Part shown: positions 1 through 11,357 of the stretch, piece after piece | How positions within the stretch are numbered: position 1 is the stretch's first letter | Layout: every line of letters begins with the position of its first letter | DNA from: Ylistrum balloti | Lineage: Eukaryota | DNA length: 64,000 bases | Direction of reading: 5' to 3' | Assembly: GCF_031769215.1 (NCBI RefSeq) | Contig: NW_026782326.1 | Location: forward strand, 715,432-779,431 | Notes under the pieces: model-generated | What the model saw: the letters and a program-made list of their open reading frames with translations, nothing else | The model's database searches: none | What the model was told of the DNA's origin: nothing | Program-made: the position numbers and the translations under genes

Positions 1-696
1 TTCTTCTTTGAACATCAGCAGGGACCACTCATAACACTTTTACAACAGTTAATGGAACAAAATATATATAAGAATAGTTTTCATTGGATAATATACACAG
101 AGTCAGGATCACCGCCGCTGAAGAAGAGTAGCGAACACGGCTAATGGACTAGAATACTTTCGTGGGATTACAACCTTGAACCTCAATAAGAACCTTATTC
201 TGATTGGCTTAAACTCATTACTGATGTATCGCTTACGCTGATTGGTCATTAAAATAGAAACCGAAAGTGCAACCTGAGAAATGTTATTATTCCTTTTGCT
301 TTCAGCAACGAAGTCGTGGAGGGTATTATTAATACCAGCCCTTCTTTACAGGTGTTGACATTTCCTTCCTAACGAAGACAGTAGTGATAAGGAATACAAG
401 AAAGTATATTGCTCCCTGCGGCTAAGGTCCTCTCTAGATTTGCTCTGCTGTAAATTTTGTCTATACGTACCTTGGATAATGTTAATCTCGCGTTGTGTTG
501 GTATACGTAGAGGCCTAGGCCACAGTGGATTTACTCATACCACATTTTCCTTTATCCTGAGTGGGTTGGACTGTGATTTTGTCTTTAAGGTAGCTTATCA
601 CATGCATCAAATGATGCACTGTGTAAAGGAGTGTCTAATCCAGCGAAGTGTTTGACCCAACTTCAAAATTTCGATCGAGATATTCATGGAAAATTA

Positions 697-698
697 CA

Positions 699-726
<28 letters not shown>
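697..726. repeat. (CAT)n microsatellite, about 10 units
   Basis: Perfect catcatcat... run seen directly in the sequence. Confidence 0.9.
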
Positions 727-730
<4 letters not shown>

Positions 731-1002
731 ATTCCTCAAAGCTGAGAGTACAAAAACTGAAAAAAAGAAAGTTTAAAGTGAAATGGACATATTTACATGA
801 AGAACCTGATCGCTAAGCGCATATTTCAATCAAGAATCATTCATGGTGACCAGTTTTCTGAGCTCAAAATATGTTTCACGGTTCACCAGTATGGAAATAG
901 ATTTCTGTTGTTTTATGCAATAGATACGCACAGTCTTTTGTAAATTCCTCAGTTACAGAATCTGTCAAATTCAAATTCCGAAATTTTCCCTTTGAATATT
1001 GT

Positions 1003-1975
1003 CTAGAGCAGGCCTTTTGATAAAAGGCTTGATATTATCAAATATGGCTGTACACCATAATAATCAACTAGTTTAGTGAAAAAGGTATCTCTCAAAATAA
1101 ATGTGCTGGTACAGTCTGTAACAAAATGTCTTATGCTGTCATGAAACGGTTTTGTACACAGCTTGTATATATTGCACTGTTCTACAGGTACACACGTTAA
1201 AATTTTGCAAATAAATAGAACTGTTCTTTTGTCGATATCCAATGTTTTGAGCATGACATACGGCTCATTATAGGTAGAGTGGACAGATCTAAATTGAACG
1301 AAATCATCATCACTGTTCATTCTCTCGGTCAATAAGCGATCTTCGCGTATGTTAATAGCTCCTTTTACTAAAAGTTTCCATTGAGTCTTTGATGGGAATT
1401 CTGCACATTGGATATAACCCTGTACCCATTATAATAATTCATATTTGGTTAATAATGCCAGAATATCAGGGATATACCCCGTTTGCTTTGATATCGGTCC
1501 ATCTGTATATCTGAGAAGTCTACGAATGGAAATTCTTTTTGGAATGCTGTTTGGTGCACAACCAACAATACAACGTAAAAAGTAGAGTTTTTCTTTTCTC
1601 GATTTCGCACTGAATCCTGTGAAGTCGAAGTATACTTTCGCACATATCCGATCGAGTGGATTTCCTTAGATTAAGCATAAGTTTTACTGCATAATGCTGA
1701 AACGTCTCTAGCTTTCGGATATCGCATTTAGTTAAGTGATTCCATAATTCGCATCCATATAACATGGACGGAAATATAACTTTCTTGTATATGCTAACAA
1801 GAGTAAGTGGTTTCGTGTAAGCACAGTCGGTTCCCATGCGCGTGATTGAGTGCAACATGTTACGGCCTTTCTTACAAGCGTTGTCAACGGCGTTGGCGTT
1901 TTTCAGGTTGGAAGAGAGAAGTACTCCTAAGTGTACCGCCTTATCGACTATATGAAGTGGATTGCTGTTAATCAT
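1003..1975 (-). mobile_element. 5'-truncated non-LTR (LINE, CR1/RTE-like) retrotransposon fragment: C-terminal part of reverse transcriptase
   Basis: Minus-strand ORFs 1520-1975 and 1003-1332 carry the conserved LINE RT C-terminal region (VHLGVLL..., ...LYGCELW..., ...KLETFQHYAVKLMLNLRKSTRSDMCESILRLHRIQ...). Interrupted by stops; no N-terminal RT motifs, so a fragment. Confidence 0.6.
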
Positions 1976-2002
1976 CCAATTGAAATTTCTACATGTGCTT
2001 CG

Positions 2003-2222
2003 AAAAGTAAGTATGTTGCATTTCGATGCATTAAACGGAAATTTCTATTTTACGGCATACCTTTGTGCGACATCTAGCAGAGTTTGAGGGTCCTAGGGCT
2101 AGTAGTAACAAGAAAAGTAAGTATGTTGCATTTCGATGCATTAAACGGAAATTTCTATTTTACGGCATACCTTTGTGCGACATCTAGCAGAGTTTGTAGG
2201 GTCCTAGGGCTAGTAGTAACAA
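2003..2222. repeat. Local tandem duplication, 2 x about 110 bp
   Basis: gaaaagtaagtatgttgcatttcgatgcattaaacggaaatttctattttacggcatacctttgtgcgacatctagcagagtttg(t)agggtcctagggctagtagtaacaag occurs twice consecutively, with 1-2 differences. Confidence 0.85.
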
Positions 2223-2399
2223 GGGCAACGTCATTAACTTAGCATGGATTACCACATTCAATGGATTGGACTTTCATGCCAACGTTAGTAGTCACCATTT
2301 CAATGAGCATATCGTTAATATGTAGCAAGTTTACGGACAAAATCAGAGAAAATGTTATTTATTTGATAATTTCATTGAAATTAAACAGATTACAGAAAT

Positions 2400-2650
2400 A
2401 AATGAAATAGGACTAGTCAGCGTTAGTGCCATGCACACATAGCAAATGCCTACGTCGACGCCATGTAACTCAGTGGCGTAACAACACGTAACTGTTGGTA
2501 ATAGTCATGTTTATTCAGATGTTAAATAATAGTCATGTACAAAGGCAACATCTCATCAACATACACATATAATCACTCCACTTCACATTGTGTCTCATAA
2601 AACAGTCTCTGTATCAAAACTGTCCTTGTATAAAAACAGTACTTCTAGGT
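2400..2650 (+). repeat. Copy of an unclassified dispersed repeat (second diverged copy at 30180-30600)
   Basis: Blocks ggtaatagtcatgtttatt...tacaaaggcaacatctcatcaacatacac and tgtgtctcataaaacagtctctgtatcaaaactgtcc recur at about 80% identity, in the same orientation, near 30200-30580. Confidence 0.45.
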
Positions 2651-2729
2651 ATATACTAACATAACCACTCCTTATACAAGCCATCATGGTATAACCTGTC
2701 TGTGAGCTGGTCTTGTGGGCTACCTTGGG

Positions 2730-2896
2730 CCCATCTATTGGGGTGTCTCAATTCCTTCTTTAAGCCATCTATGACCGTGCAGTCGGGTGTCCAAACCCCT
2801 TCTCTAAGCCATCTATGACCATGCAGTCGGGTGTCCAAACCCCCTTCTCCTAAGCAATCTATGGCCGTGTAGTCGGGTGTCAAAACCCCTTCTCTA
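2730..2896. repeat. Minisatellite, about 45-bp unit x 3.5 (taagccatctatgaccgtgcagtcgggtgtccaaaccccttctc)
   Basis: Direct tandem repetition visible in the sequence. Confidence 0.8.
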
Positions 2897-3092
2897 CTAT
2901 CCCCAGAATCTAGCTTCTATCTATCCCATCTTGACCGATTCTGTCCCGCTATCCTCTTATATGGACTTCACTTGTTGCAAGCTGATTGTTGAAATATAAC
3001 CATCAACGCTCGAGGTGCGAGGTTGAGATTCCTCCTGCTTGGTTTGTTACTGGAAATAGCCCTTGATAATTACTCTAACACCTAGTGGTCAC

Positions 3093-3253
3093 TGTGATAT
3101 ATGGATCAATCCGGTACGTGTTACTGTAGGGTATTTAGTATAACCCTGAGCGTTAGCTCTTCTGTCGTGGAGGTTAATAAAAGCAGTTGTATCACCTGGA
3201 CGCCATTTCTTATGAGTTGATTGTTCCACGTGGGTAGCAAACAAGATATTACA
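3093..3253 (+). repeat. 5' LTR (161 bp)
   Basis: Identical to 7501-7661; begins TGTGAT and ends ATTACA. Confidence 0.9.
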
Positions 3254-3254
3254 G

Positions 3255-3270
3255 TGGCGACGAGGCACGG
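3255..3270 (+). promoter_or_regulatory. Putative primer-binding site TGGCGACGAGGCACGG
   Basis: TGG begins 2 nt after the 5' LTR, as for tRNA-primed LTR elements. The priming tRNA is not identified. Confidence 0.5.
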
Positions 3271-3312
3271 AACTTGTGGTAAGATTGACTCTGTGTTTTG
3301 AACGAAAGCACC

Positions 3313-4230
3313 ATGGCGAAAATAGGCCATATCGGCGAATTCGCAGAGGGCAAAGAGGATTTCAGTTGTTACGTTGAGAGACTGGAACAGTTTTTTGCCG
3401 CGAATGATACAGATGACGTTAAACGGGTCCCTGTGTTTCTAGCGGTAGTAGGTCTGCAAACATATGCTTTGCTTAGGAACATTCTCACCCCAGAACTGCC
3501 CAGTACCAAATCGTATGAGGAGTTGAAGGCAGCACTAACTAGACATTACTCCCCCAAACCACTCGTGATAGGAGAACGGTTTAAATTTCACAATCGTAAA
3601 CAGAGGGAGGGGGAATCAGTTTCTGATTATGTAGTCAGCCTAAAGAAGTTGGCAAAGTATTGTGAGTTCGGGGACTTCCTTAATCAGGCCTTGAGGGACA
3701 GACTAGTATGCGGATTACGGAGTGAGGTCATACAAAAGAAACTGTTGGCTGAGAAAGACTTGGACCTAGCCAGGGCTAATGAAATCGCGTTAGCCATGGA
3801 GATGGCGACAAAGAACACTGAGTTAATGTCGCAGCCGGCCATTGGTTCAGTCAATGTTGTGAACAAAGGTCAGAAGTACAAGCCTCGGAAATCAAAGTAC
3901 TGGGGTACTGAAAGATCACACTCGGACAAGGCAGAGGGAACCAACAGTGACTCAGGTAAAAGGTGTTTTCGCTGTGGTGGAAAACATATACCAGCAGACT
4001 GTAAGTTTCTGCATGCGCAGTGTTATGTGTGTCAGAAAGAGGGACATATTGGAAAAAAATGTCCAACCAAAAGGTCAAAAGGGCCTGTAAGCGGTACTAA
4101 CATTAGTAAGACTAAGTATCTCGAGGCACAGGAACTCAAGGATGATGAGTTCTTATATGGCCTATATAATGTCGCTAGTGTTGATAAGGGCTATAAGGTG
4201 AACCTCGATTTGAACGGTTGTCCAGTTTAG
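3313..4230 (+). CDS. gag: Gag-like protein with two CCHC zinc knuckles
   Basis: ORF 3298-4230; the first real ATG is at 3313 (the supplied ORF track starts at an alternative TTG). CFRCGGKHIPADC and CYVCQKEGHIGKKC are CX2CX4HX4C knuckles. Ends in TAG immediately followed by the pol ATG in the same frame, so stop read-through or suppression is likely. Confidence 0.8.
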   Translation: MAKIGHIGEFAEGKEDFSCYVERLEQFFAANDTDDVKRVPVFLAVVGLQTYALLRNILTPELPSTKSYEELKAALTRHYSPKPLVIGERFKFHNRKQREGESVSDYVVSLKKLAKYCEFGDFLNQALRDRLVCGLRSEVIQKKLLAEKDLDLARANEIALAMEMATKNTELMSQPAIGSVNVVNKGQKYKPRKSKYWGTERSHSDKAEGTNSDSGKRCFRCGGKHIPADCKFLHAQCYVCQKEGHIGKKCPTKRSKGPVSGTNISKTKYLEAQELKDDEFLYGLYNVASVDKGYKVNLDLNGCPV

Positions 4231-5745
4231 ATGGAAATTGACACAGGAGCCGCGGTCATTATTTGCTCGGAGAAGGTGTATACTGATCATCTCTCGCAAT
4301 TGTCCTTGCAAAAGCCCACGGTCAAGCTGAAAGACTATGGTGGCGTGAACGTGCCATTACGCGGTGAGGTAACCGTTCCAGTGACATACGGAAATCAGAG
4401 CCATAACTTGTTGTTGCGCGTCGCATGTGGCAACCGTCTTTCGTTGTTGGGTCGGAACTGGCTAAGCCACATCAAGCTCGATTGGCCAAGTATATTTACT
4501 GTGACCCAGTCAGTGCAGTCGCAGCGCATTGATACGTCGGTCAAGGAACTGTTGGTCAAGCATCACAAGCTGTTCCAGAAAGGTCTGGGAACGATACAGA
4601 AATTTAAGGCTCTAGTAAAGGTTTGGTCGGATGTACAGCCCATTTTCTGTAAGGCCCGGGTGGTGCCTTTTTCCCTAAAGGAAGCCTTAGAGAAGGAGCT
4701 TCATAGACTTGAAAATGAAGGCATTGTGTTGCGAGTCGAACAAAGCGATTGGGCGACTCCAGTTGTCATTGTGCCGAAGGCCGATAAGTCAATACGCCTT
4801 TGTGGCGACTTCAAGGTGACTGTAAACAAGTGCTTGGATGAACAACAGTATCCACTTCCGAATGTGGAAGACATGTTTGCACAGCTGGCCGGTGGTCAGA
4901 AGTTTACGAAGTTGGATTTATCGCAGGCGTACCAGCAGTTAACATTAGACGAGGCCTCAGAGAAATATTTAACCATAACCACACACCCTGGATTATTCAG
5001 GTATCATCGGTTACCGTTCGGTGTTGCATCGGCCCCCGCTATCTTTCAGTCAGTCATGGATCAGATATTGCAGGGAGTACCGCATACCATGTGTCGTATC
5101 GACGATATCCTGGTTACGGCACCAAGCGACAGTGAACACATCAAGATCTTAGGTGAAGTGTTGCGTAGACTCGAGGAGCACCACGTCCGTCTACGCGAGG
5201 ACAAGTGTAAGTTCATGGAGGACACCGTCGAGTATATGAGTAATATGGTGGATCGCGAGGGAATCCATTCCACTGAGGCGAAAATCGAAGCGATCAAGAA
5301 CGCGCCAAGTCCGACAAATGTGTCTGAACTGAAATCATTTTTAGGACTTTTGAACTATTATGGTCAGTATATGTCGAATCTGTTGACCAAGTTGCAGCCT
5401 TTGCACGAGCTTTTGCGACAGGATAAGTCCTGGAACTGGACCTTACAGTGCGAGTGCGCGTTTCGGTCGTGTAAGGACCAGTTGTCAAGTGATCGCATGT
5501 TGGTTCATTACGACATGAACAAGCCGCTACGGTTAGCGTGCGATGCATCTGCTTATGGGGTCGGAGCTGTGATCTCCCACATTTGTGACAACGGAGAGGA
5601 GCGTCCCATTGCATACGCGTCACGAACTCTATCGGCGAGTGAAAAGAATTACGCTCAGGTGGAGAAGGAAGCGTTGGGTCTGGTGTTCGGTGTCCGGAAG
5701 TTTCACAAGTATTTGTATGGGCGTCACTTCACAAGGATGCAGTGA
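4231..5745 (+). CDS. pol: Pol polyprotein: aspartic protease (IDTGAA), reverse transcriptase, RNase H
   Basis: DTG protease motif. RT region YLTITTHPGLFRYHRLPFGVASAPAIFQSVMDQIL with IDDILV as a YXDD-like box. RNase H region LACDASAYGVGAVISH. The ORF ends abruptly at ...GRHFTRMQ*, where the expected TDHKPL...ARW segment is missing, indicating an internal deletion. Confidence 0.85.
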   Translation: MEIDTGAAVIICSEKVYTDHLSQLSLQKPTVKLKDYGGVNVPLRGEVTVPVTYGNQSHNLLLRVACGNRLSLLGRNWLSHIKLDWPSIFTVTQSVQSQRIDTSVKELLVKHHKLFQKGLGTIQKFKALVKVWSDVQPIFCKARVVPFSLKEALEKELHRLENEGIVLRVEQSDWATPVVIVPKADKSIRLCGDFKVTVNKCLDEQQYPLPNVEDMFAQLAGGQKFTKLDLSQAYQQLTLDEASEKYLTITTHPGLFRYHRLPFGVASAPAIFQSVMDQILQGVPHTMCRIDDILVTAPSDSEHIKILGEVLRRLEEHHVRLREDKCKFMEDTVEYMSNMVDREGIHSTEAKIEAIKNAPSPTNVSELKSFLGLLNYYGQYMSNLLTKLQPLHELLRQDKSWNWTLQCECAFRSCKDQLSSDRMLVHYDMNKPLRLACDASAYGVGAVISHICDNGEERPIAYASRTLSASEKNYAQVEKEALGLVFGVRKFHKYLYGRHFTRMQ

Positions 5746-5757
5746 TGGGCTCTTATA

Positions 5758-7324
5758 TTGTCCGCGTATCAATACGATATTGAGTATCGGAGGGCCGAAC
5801 ATCATGCCAATGCAGACGCGTTTTCGCGGTTGCCTGTCAAAAGTGACGGGAAGTCGGAGGAATTGGAGGTCTACCACTTCACTCAGTTGAATGACTTACC
5901 AGTGACATCTGAGGACGTTGCGAAGGGGACGAGAGGTGATGTAGTGCTGTTGAAGGTACTTGACTATACACTGCGAGGTTGGCCTAATTATGTGTCAGAT
6001 CGCGACCTGCAACCATTTCATCAGCGCAGGAATGAACTGTCTACTGAGCAGGGTTGTGTGTTGTGGGGTTTGCGTGTAATCATCCCACAAGCCTATCGTG
6101 AGCGTATTCTGGCCCAACTACATGAACAGCATGTTGGAATGAGCCGGATGAAATCTCTAGCCCGGAGTTATCTGTGGTGGCCTGGCCTGGATAAAGACAT
6201 CGAAACAGTGGTCAGTGCCTTTAATGCATGTCAGGCTACGAGGAAAATGCCCCTGGTGGCACCCCTTCACTCCTGGTCATGGCCTACTCATGTTTGGCAG
6301 CGTGTCCACATAGACTTTGCGGAGAAAGACGAGATATTTTCTTGTGGTTGTGGACAGTCACTCTAAGTGGGTTGAGGTGACTAATATGACAACCACTACT
6401 CCTGAGAGGACTATCGAAGACCTTCGGTCACTCTTCAGTTCTTATGGCCTACCTGAAGAGGTTGTCTCTGATAATGGCCCCCAGTTTACCTCAACTGAGT
6501 TCGAACAGTTCATGAAACGGAACGGGGTCAAGCATACTCTAGTAACGCCCTATCACCCAGCTTCAAATGGAGCAGCGGAACGCTCAGTCCAAATCTTGAA
6601 ACAAACGCTTCAAAAGTAGGTTTTTGATGGTGATGAACAATATACAATTCAGCATAGGCTCAGTAACTTCTTACTGAAGTATCGATCTACTCCACAGACT
6701 GTTACGGGTGTATCACCAGCTGAATTATTTCTTCAGCGTCAGCTACGCACACCTCTCTCGTTGTTGAAACCTGACACTGGAAATCGCGTTCAACGGAAGC
6801 AAGCTGAGCAGAACCGACAACATGACAAAGGGCGAGTTCGGGTTCGAACATTCTCACCGAAACAGACAGTGCGGGTGAGGAATTTCAGGGGTGGTCAGGA
6901 AAAGTGGATGCCAGGTACGATAGTGAGACAGCTAGGTCCTCATACTTATCTCGTACGGGTAGGACCAAACATTCGCTACACCCATGTTGGTCATATCTTA
7001 TCGTCAGAGGAGGAATCATTATTTGACGATTTATCCGTGGTGTCTAATTCGGGTTCAAACCAGTCGCAAGTGGATACACCCGTGGTACTACCAGAGACGT
7101 TCTCGCGTTCTCCAATACCGTCTAAGGAACCTGAAACACTTAAGGTGCCCATCTCTTTACCTGACGCCTCAGCAGTCGTAGCACCGATTCCAACTCCTCA
7201 GCTGGAATCGTCGACGAGTGACCTTCAGACACCCGTTGCGTCGAGCACTAGCCCGGTCGTTCGTCGTAATCCACCTAGGAACCGTCAGCCCCCACAAAAG
7301 TTGAATTTGTTTGTTGGCCATTAG
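5758..7324 (+). pseudogene. int: Integrase region of the same element, disrupted by an in-frame stop at 5743-5745 and a +1 frameshift near 6330-6360
   Basis: Zinc-binding HHCC region (HEQHVGMSRM...CQ) in frame 1. The DDE core (FLVVVDSHSKWVEV...SDNGPQFTS...TPYHPASNGAAER) lies in frame 2. A C-terminal GPHTYLVRVGPN module sits in ORF 6761-7324. Three separate ORFs are needed to cover the region, so it is non-functional as read. Confidence 0.75.
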
Positions 7325-7487
7325 CCATATCATTGACAGTGATAAGTGTTGGTGATTGAGATCTCTTTTAATTACAGTATTTGCAGTGAATGTTGAATTA
7401 TCGTTTCTTTCAGTTCAGAAGACCAAAGACTGGTTAACAATAATCAACAGAGATTTTGTGTAATTTGAATATTGAACTTGACATTTT

Positions 7488-7500
7488 AAAGAGGGAGGAG
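7488..7500 (+). promoter_or_regulatory. Polypurine tract AAAGAGGGAGGAG
   Basis: Purine run directly abutting the 3' LTR start (7501). Confidence 0.6.
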
Positions 7501-7661
7501 TGTGATATATGGATCAATCCGGTACGTGTTACTGTAGGGTATTTAGTATAACCCTGAGCGTTAGCTCTTCTGTCGTGGAGGTTAATAAAAGCAGTTGTAT
7601 CACCTGGACGCCATTTCTTATGAGTTGATTGTTCCACGTGGGTAGCAAACAAGATATTACA
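7501..7661 (+). repeat. 3' LTR (161 bp)
   Basis: Identical to the 5' LTR; followed by the GTCAC target-site duplication. Confidence 0.9.
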
Positions 7662-9186
7662 GTCACTGTCCGAATGGGCAATTGCATAAGTTTAATTATC
7701 ATGGAAGCTACGCCCGTTCCGTCTAATAGTATATTTTACACCACATGCTCTACAAACCCTGAGCTACTGCACTCCTCGCCTATCACCAGTAATAATTAGC
7801 CTATTTAATTGATCTACTACAGAACCATGACTTAGCTACAGTGTCTTACTTCCCAATACAAATCCTACAGTAAGTTAATATATAAATATCAACACCTTAT
7901 AACAGTCCTGCATTTTGCTGATATACAGTATAGGTCGGGAAAACCACAAAGTGGCGTATAATACTGAAATCATTTAAACAGTACCTTTTGCAATATGTTA
8001 TTAAAAGTTGCATTGATTTACGACAAGGTAAATATATTTTTCACTAAAACTTGTTTACTGAATGTGCTGACCTGAACGTTATTGTAATGGTTCTCGATGT
8101 AGTAATTGTATTATCGAAACATAGACCATATAGACTAAAAATACTGCATCTATTTTCGTTTCTTTCCTACGTGCGAATAAATTTTAGTTTTGCCTTTGTA
8201 TGGTGTTTCATGCCTAGATAAATGTGATTTCGGGGAAGAATTGAAAAACCTAAGGTTGAAGTGATTTCGGCTATCGTTAGCAGAGACGTCTCTGTCGTTA
8301 GTAACAAATCTATTACTCAATCAAAAGGTCAGTTTGCATATTTTACGCAAATTTGTGTCTCGGACCTCCGGGTAAAAGAATGAAAACACGAGGGAAAACA
8401 CGACAAAAAGATATTTTCGATGTGTGGTCCCATGCTATGCTATTCATGCGACAACTTCAAAATAGATTCGTCAATTACATTTACATTTGAACTATGTTAG
8501 ACTTTCTATAATTTTATAAACGTAGGCTGTGAATGTTCCTCGGATGGCCTTACAGTAATCTAATTATTATGTGGGAAACGGTTGAACGGTGACACCGGTT
8601 TAGAACACCTGTGAATGATTTTCTTTTTCGTCATACCGTTCCTGCAAGTTATAAGCCAAGTTGCCCCGTTGCTGGCCTCTTCAGATTTTGAGCACAAATG
8701 CGTTAGGCCTATAGGGCGAGAAAGTCTCGTAATGGCGTCCCTTCCGGGTCACGGACTGGATATATACAAACTGAACACGTGACTTTTCTACGCCATGTTT
8801 GACCGGCGGCAGATTTAATCGCAAATATTTAACAGCGTAATGTTGTGTTTTGTAACGGGATGCAATCACCAGAGTTTGAGAGAGACATGTAGCTGTTTTA
8901 GATTCCCTAAACCACGGGTAAAGCAGTGGGAGAAATTATGCAGGTTTGTAAACAAACAATCATGTTGAATGACTCATCAACGATCTATTGAACTAACTCT
9001 ACGCATGTAGTACCTGAAACACGTCTCTAAGGCATCGCTTTATGATCAGCGAATCATTAAATTTAAATGCTTCTTATATCAATCAAATACAAACCTTAAT
9101 ACTTTAATTATTGTGTGATTGGAATTATGTGGAGTAATCCTGGAGTGGGCGTGGTAATTTTCCTACACAAAATCTGCCTTGGATCA

Positions 9187-9300
9187 CATGGATACATCAA
9201 TATCTCTTTTAGGAGGAGCGATAGGAAAGTAACTGATGCAGACCGAATCTGTAGCTTCCATTTTAAATATGGGAAGAAGGAGAATGGTCCCACTTTGTTT
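9187..9300 (+). CDS. Possible THAP-domain exon (C-terminal half of the THAP zinc finger)
   Basis: ...DRICSFHFKYGKKENGPTLFPWN resembles the THAP hallmark ...VCSxHF...P.LxP. It is preceded by a plausible 3' splice site (tctcttttag|GAGG). The N-terminal C-X2-4-C half was not found. Confidence 0.35.
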
Positions 9301-10547
9301 CCTTGGAACCAAGGGGAATATTTTGATTACCAAGATCCAAATAAAATTTCAAGGTGTCATAAAGAATTCACAATTAATTGCTATATTTCCATAAAAATGT
9401 CTGAAACATTAATTTTGAAATCGACTGGACAACAGACACGATAATACATCAGACCTTTCTTAAAAATTTGACAAATTATTTTAAGAAATAACAAAACACT
9501 TTTAAGATTGTGTTCTCTATGTTCATATTACACATGTATAACATGTACATCTTTATTATAATTCTTATTAACAGGTCTCATGCCTAATTTAATGTTAAAT
9601 GTAGTAGCTGAACATTAACACAAATAATTGTTAATATGAGTTGAGTTCCTGGCTAGCATTAGTATTATACACCTCTGTAGTCAATGTAGTCTGATGAAGA
9701 TAACAATGTTGAGTTATGAAAGAAGTTTTTTTAAAGTCAGATTTAAAACTAAGTTCAAAATAAATGTTTATCACAGGAAACCAAAAAGAGTGGACACTAG
9801 TTCAGCTGAGGTAGCGAGTACTTCTTGTACAGAAAATACTACTGTGGTTGGGGAGGAAGATCTGCATAAAGTGCCTAATGATCATGAATACCTGAGGTCA
9901 TATTGGTCTCTTGTAGAAGAGATAAAGGTACATAAAGTGTATTTAGAAATCAAGAACCTGGTTAAGTTGAATGTCTTTCTTCATCCAATAACTTTTAACA
10001 AGTCTCCTTATTCTGTACATATTACACAAAGGATATGTTTGATAAGATCTTTTTTACATCAAGATAAAACAATATACTATTTGATACATGAAATTTGAAG
10101 TACATGCAAGCCTCGATGACATTCAAGTTATTTCTCCATTGTATTGTAATATAATAAAAATTCAATTTGCATTTTTTAATGTCTTGAATAATGTATTGTA
10201 CAGGATGGTACCTGTAACATAATCAATGGTTTAATTCAGGAACTGCAAGTACATGTTACTGATCTTGAGAGAGAAATAGCAGATCTGAAGTCCAAGAAAC
10301 ACCCATTTACACTTGATCAAATAAAACATTTTAATCTTTTCTCACAAAATTTAATGAAATAAGATATTGATTTATTCTAATAAAACCTGATACATTTAAA
10401 TGGAGTTACATCTTCGTATAAAATGAAAGATCTATTAAGTAATGAAACATCAAAATAGAGTTGCACCTTTTTGTTAAATGAAAGATCTATTAAGTAACAA
10501 CCTGAAACTTTTTTACAAGATTTTACATAGAAATGCATTATCTGTAG

Positions 10548-11357
10548 ATGCTGATGTACACATCACTGAAGGCAGAGAAATTTCTCATCATTGATGCAAC
10601 ATTGAAAAGATTTCCTCTAAACTATGAGGATGGATGGACCCCGATTTCCATCTCAAGATCAGACCAGCTCCTTATGTGCCTGATGAAACTGAAGATGAAT
10701 ACCCCTCTCCTTGACCTTGCTGAGCGCTTTTGCACGAGTAAATCAACAATACACAACATCCTGACCACACATATCTTTACTTTACATGAGGTTTTTTTTC
10801 AGGGTATGATGGAAAATAATATCCCTTCAGTACTTAAATGTAAAGCATCTATGCCTTCTAGTTTTGGGGATTTCAGTAGCTGTCGTCTAGTTATTGATGC
10901 CACTGAAGTGACACAAGATGTCCGTGGCCTTGATATGAAAGCCCAGTCCCAGACTTACAGCTCATACAAAAACCGACACACTGTAAAGTCTGTTACAGGT
11001 GTTGCTCCAAATGGAGCTGTAGGATATGTAAGTAAATTGTACCCTGGCAGCACATCTGATGTTGGCATTGTAGAGCACAGCAACATGCTTGCTCAGTTAT
11101 CTCCAAGGGATATGATATTTGCAGATAAGCGCTTTACTATTTACCCTTTACTACCCCAAAGTGTCCTGAACATTCCACCGTTTTTAAAGGACAAAGGACA
11201 GTATACACCTGCAGAGGTCCAAGTGTGCCGGAAGATTGCTAGGTCGCGAATTCATGTAGAGAGAGTCAATGAGAGAATCAAAAACTTTGAAATTCTTTCC
11301 CACATACCTCAGCAGTTTAGACACATCAGTACAATTTTTTTTCAAGGGTGTTCATAG
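10548..11357 (+). CDS. Harbinger/PIF-type transposase (HTH_Tnp_4 plus DDE_Tnp_4; HARBI1-like)
   Basis: LLMCLMKLKMNTPLLDLAERFCTSKSTIHNIL is an HTH. VIDATEV..., YSSYKNRHTVKSVTGVAPNGAVGYVSKLYPGSTSD..., IFADKRF... and ...RIHVERVNERIKNFEIL match the DDE_Tnp_4 motif series. An upstream 'FTLDQIKHFNLF' at about 10290-10330 resembles the N-terminal motif of this transposase family but is out of frame, so introns or decay are likely. Confidence 0.8.
   Translation: MLMYTSLKAEKFLIIDATLKRFPLNYEDGWTPISISRSDQLLMCLMKLKMNTPLLDLAERFCTSKSTIHNILTTHIFTLHEVFFQGMMENNIPSVLKCKASMPSSFGDFSSCRLVIDATEVTQDVRGLDMKAQSQTYSSYKNRHTVKSVTGVAPNGAVGYVSKLYPGSTSDVGIVEHSNMLAQLSPRDMIFADKRFTIYPLLPQSVLNIPPFLKDKGQYTPAEVQVCRKIARSRIHVERVNERIKNFEILSHIPQQFRHISTIFFQGCS

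Larger units (their letters stand above)
3093..7661 (+). mobile_element. Ty3/gypsy-type LTR retrotransposon, complete ends, defective pol
   Basis: Identical 161-bp LTRs (TG...CA) at 3093-3253 and 7501-7661. Flanked by a direct GTCAC at 3088-3092 and 7662-7666. Domain order gag(CCHC x2) - protease(DTG) - RT - RNase H - integrase(HHCC, DDE) is typical of Ty3/gypsy (BEL/Pao not excluded). The RT motifs include LPFGVASAPAIFQ. Confidence 0.9.

Noticed and set aside
440-816. ORFs 440-655 and 631-816
   Set aside because: They are short with no recognisable motifs, and the second is driven by the (CAT)n microsatellite. They are probably non-coding.
3255-3270. Assignment of the gypsy primer-binding site to a specific tRNA
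   Set aside because: TGGCGACGAGGCACGG implies a tRNA ending ...CCGTGCCTCGTCGCCA. I cannot match this to a known tRNA from memory, so the site is reported as a PBS without naming the tRNA.
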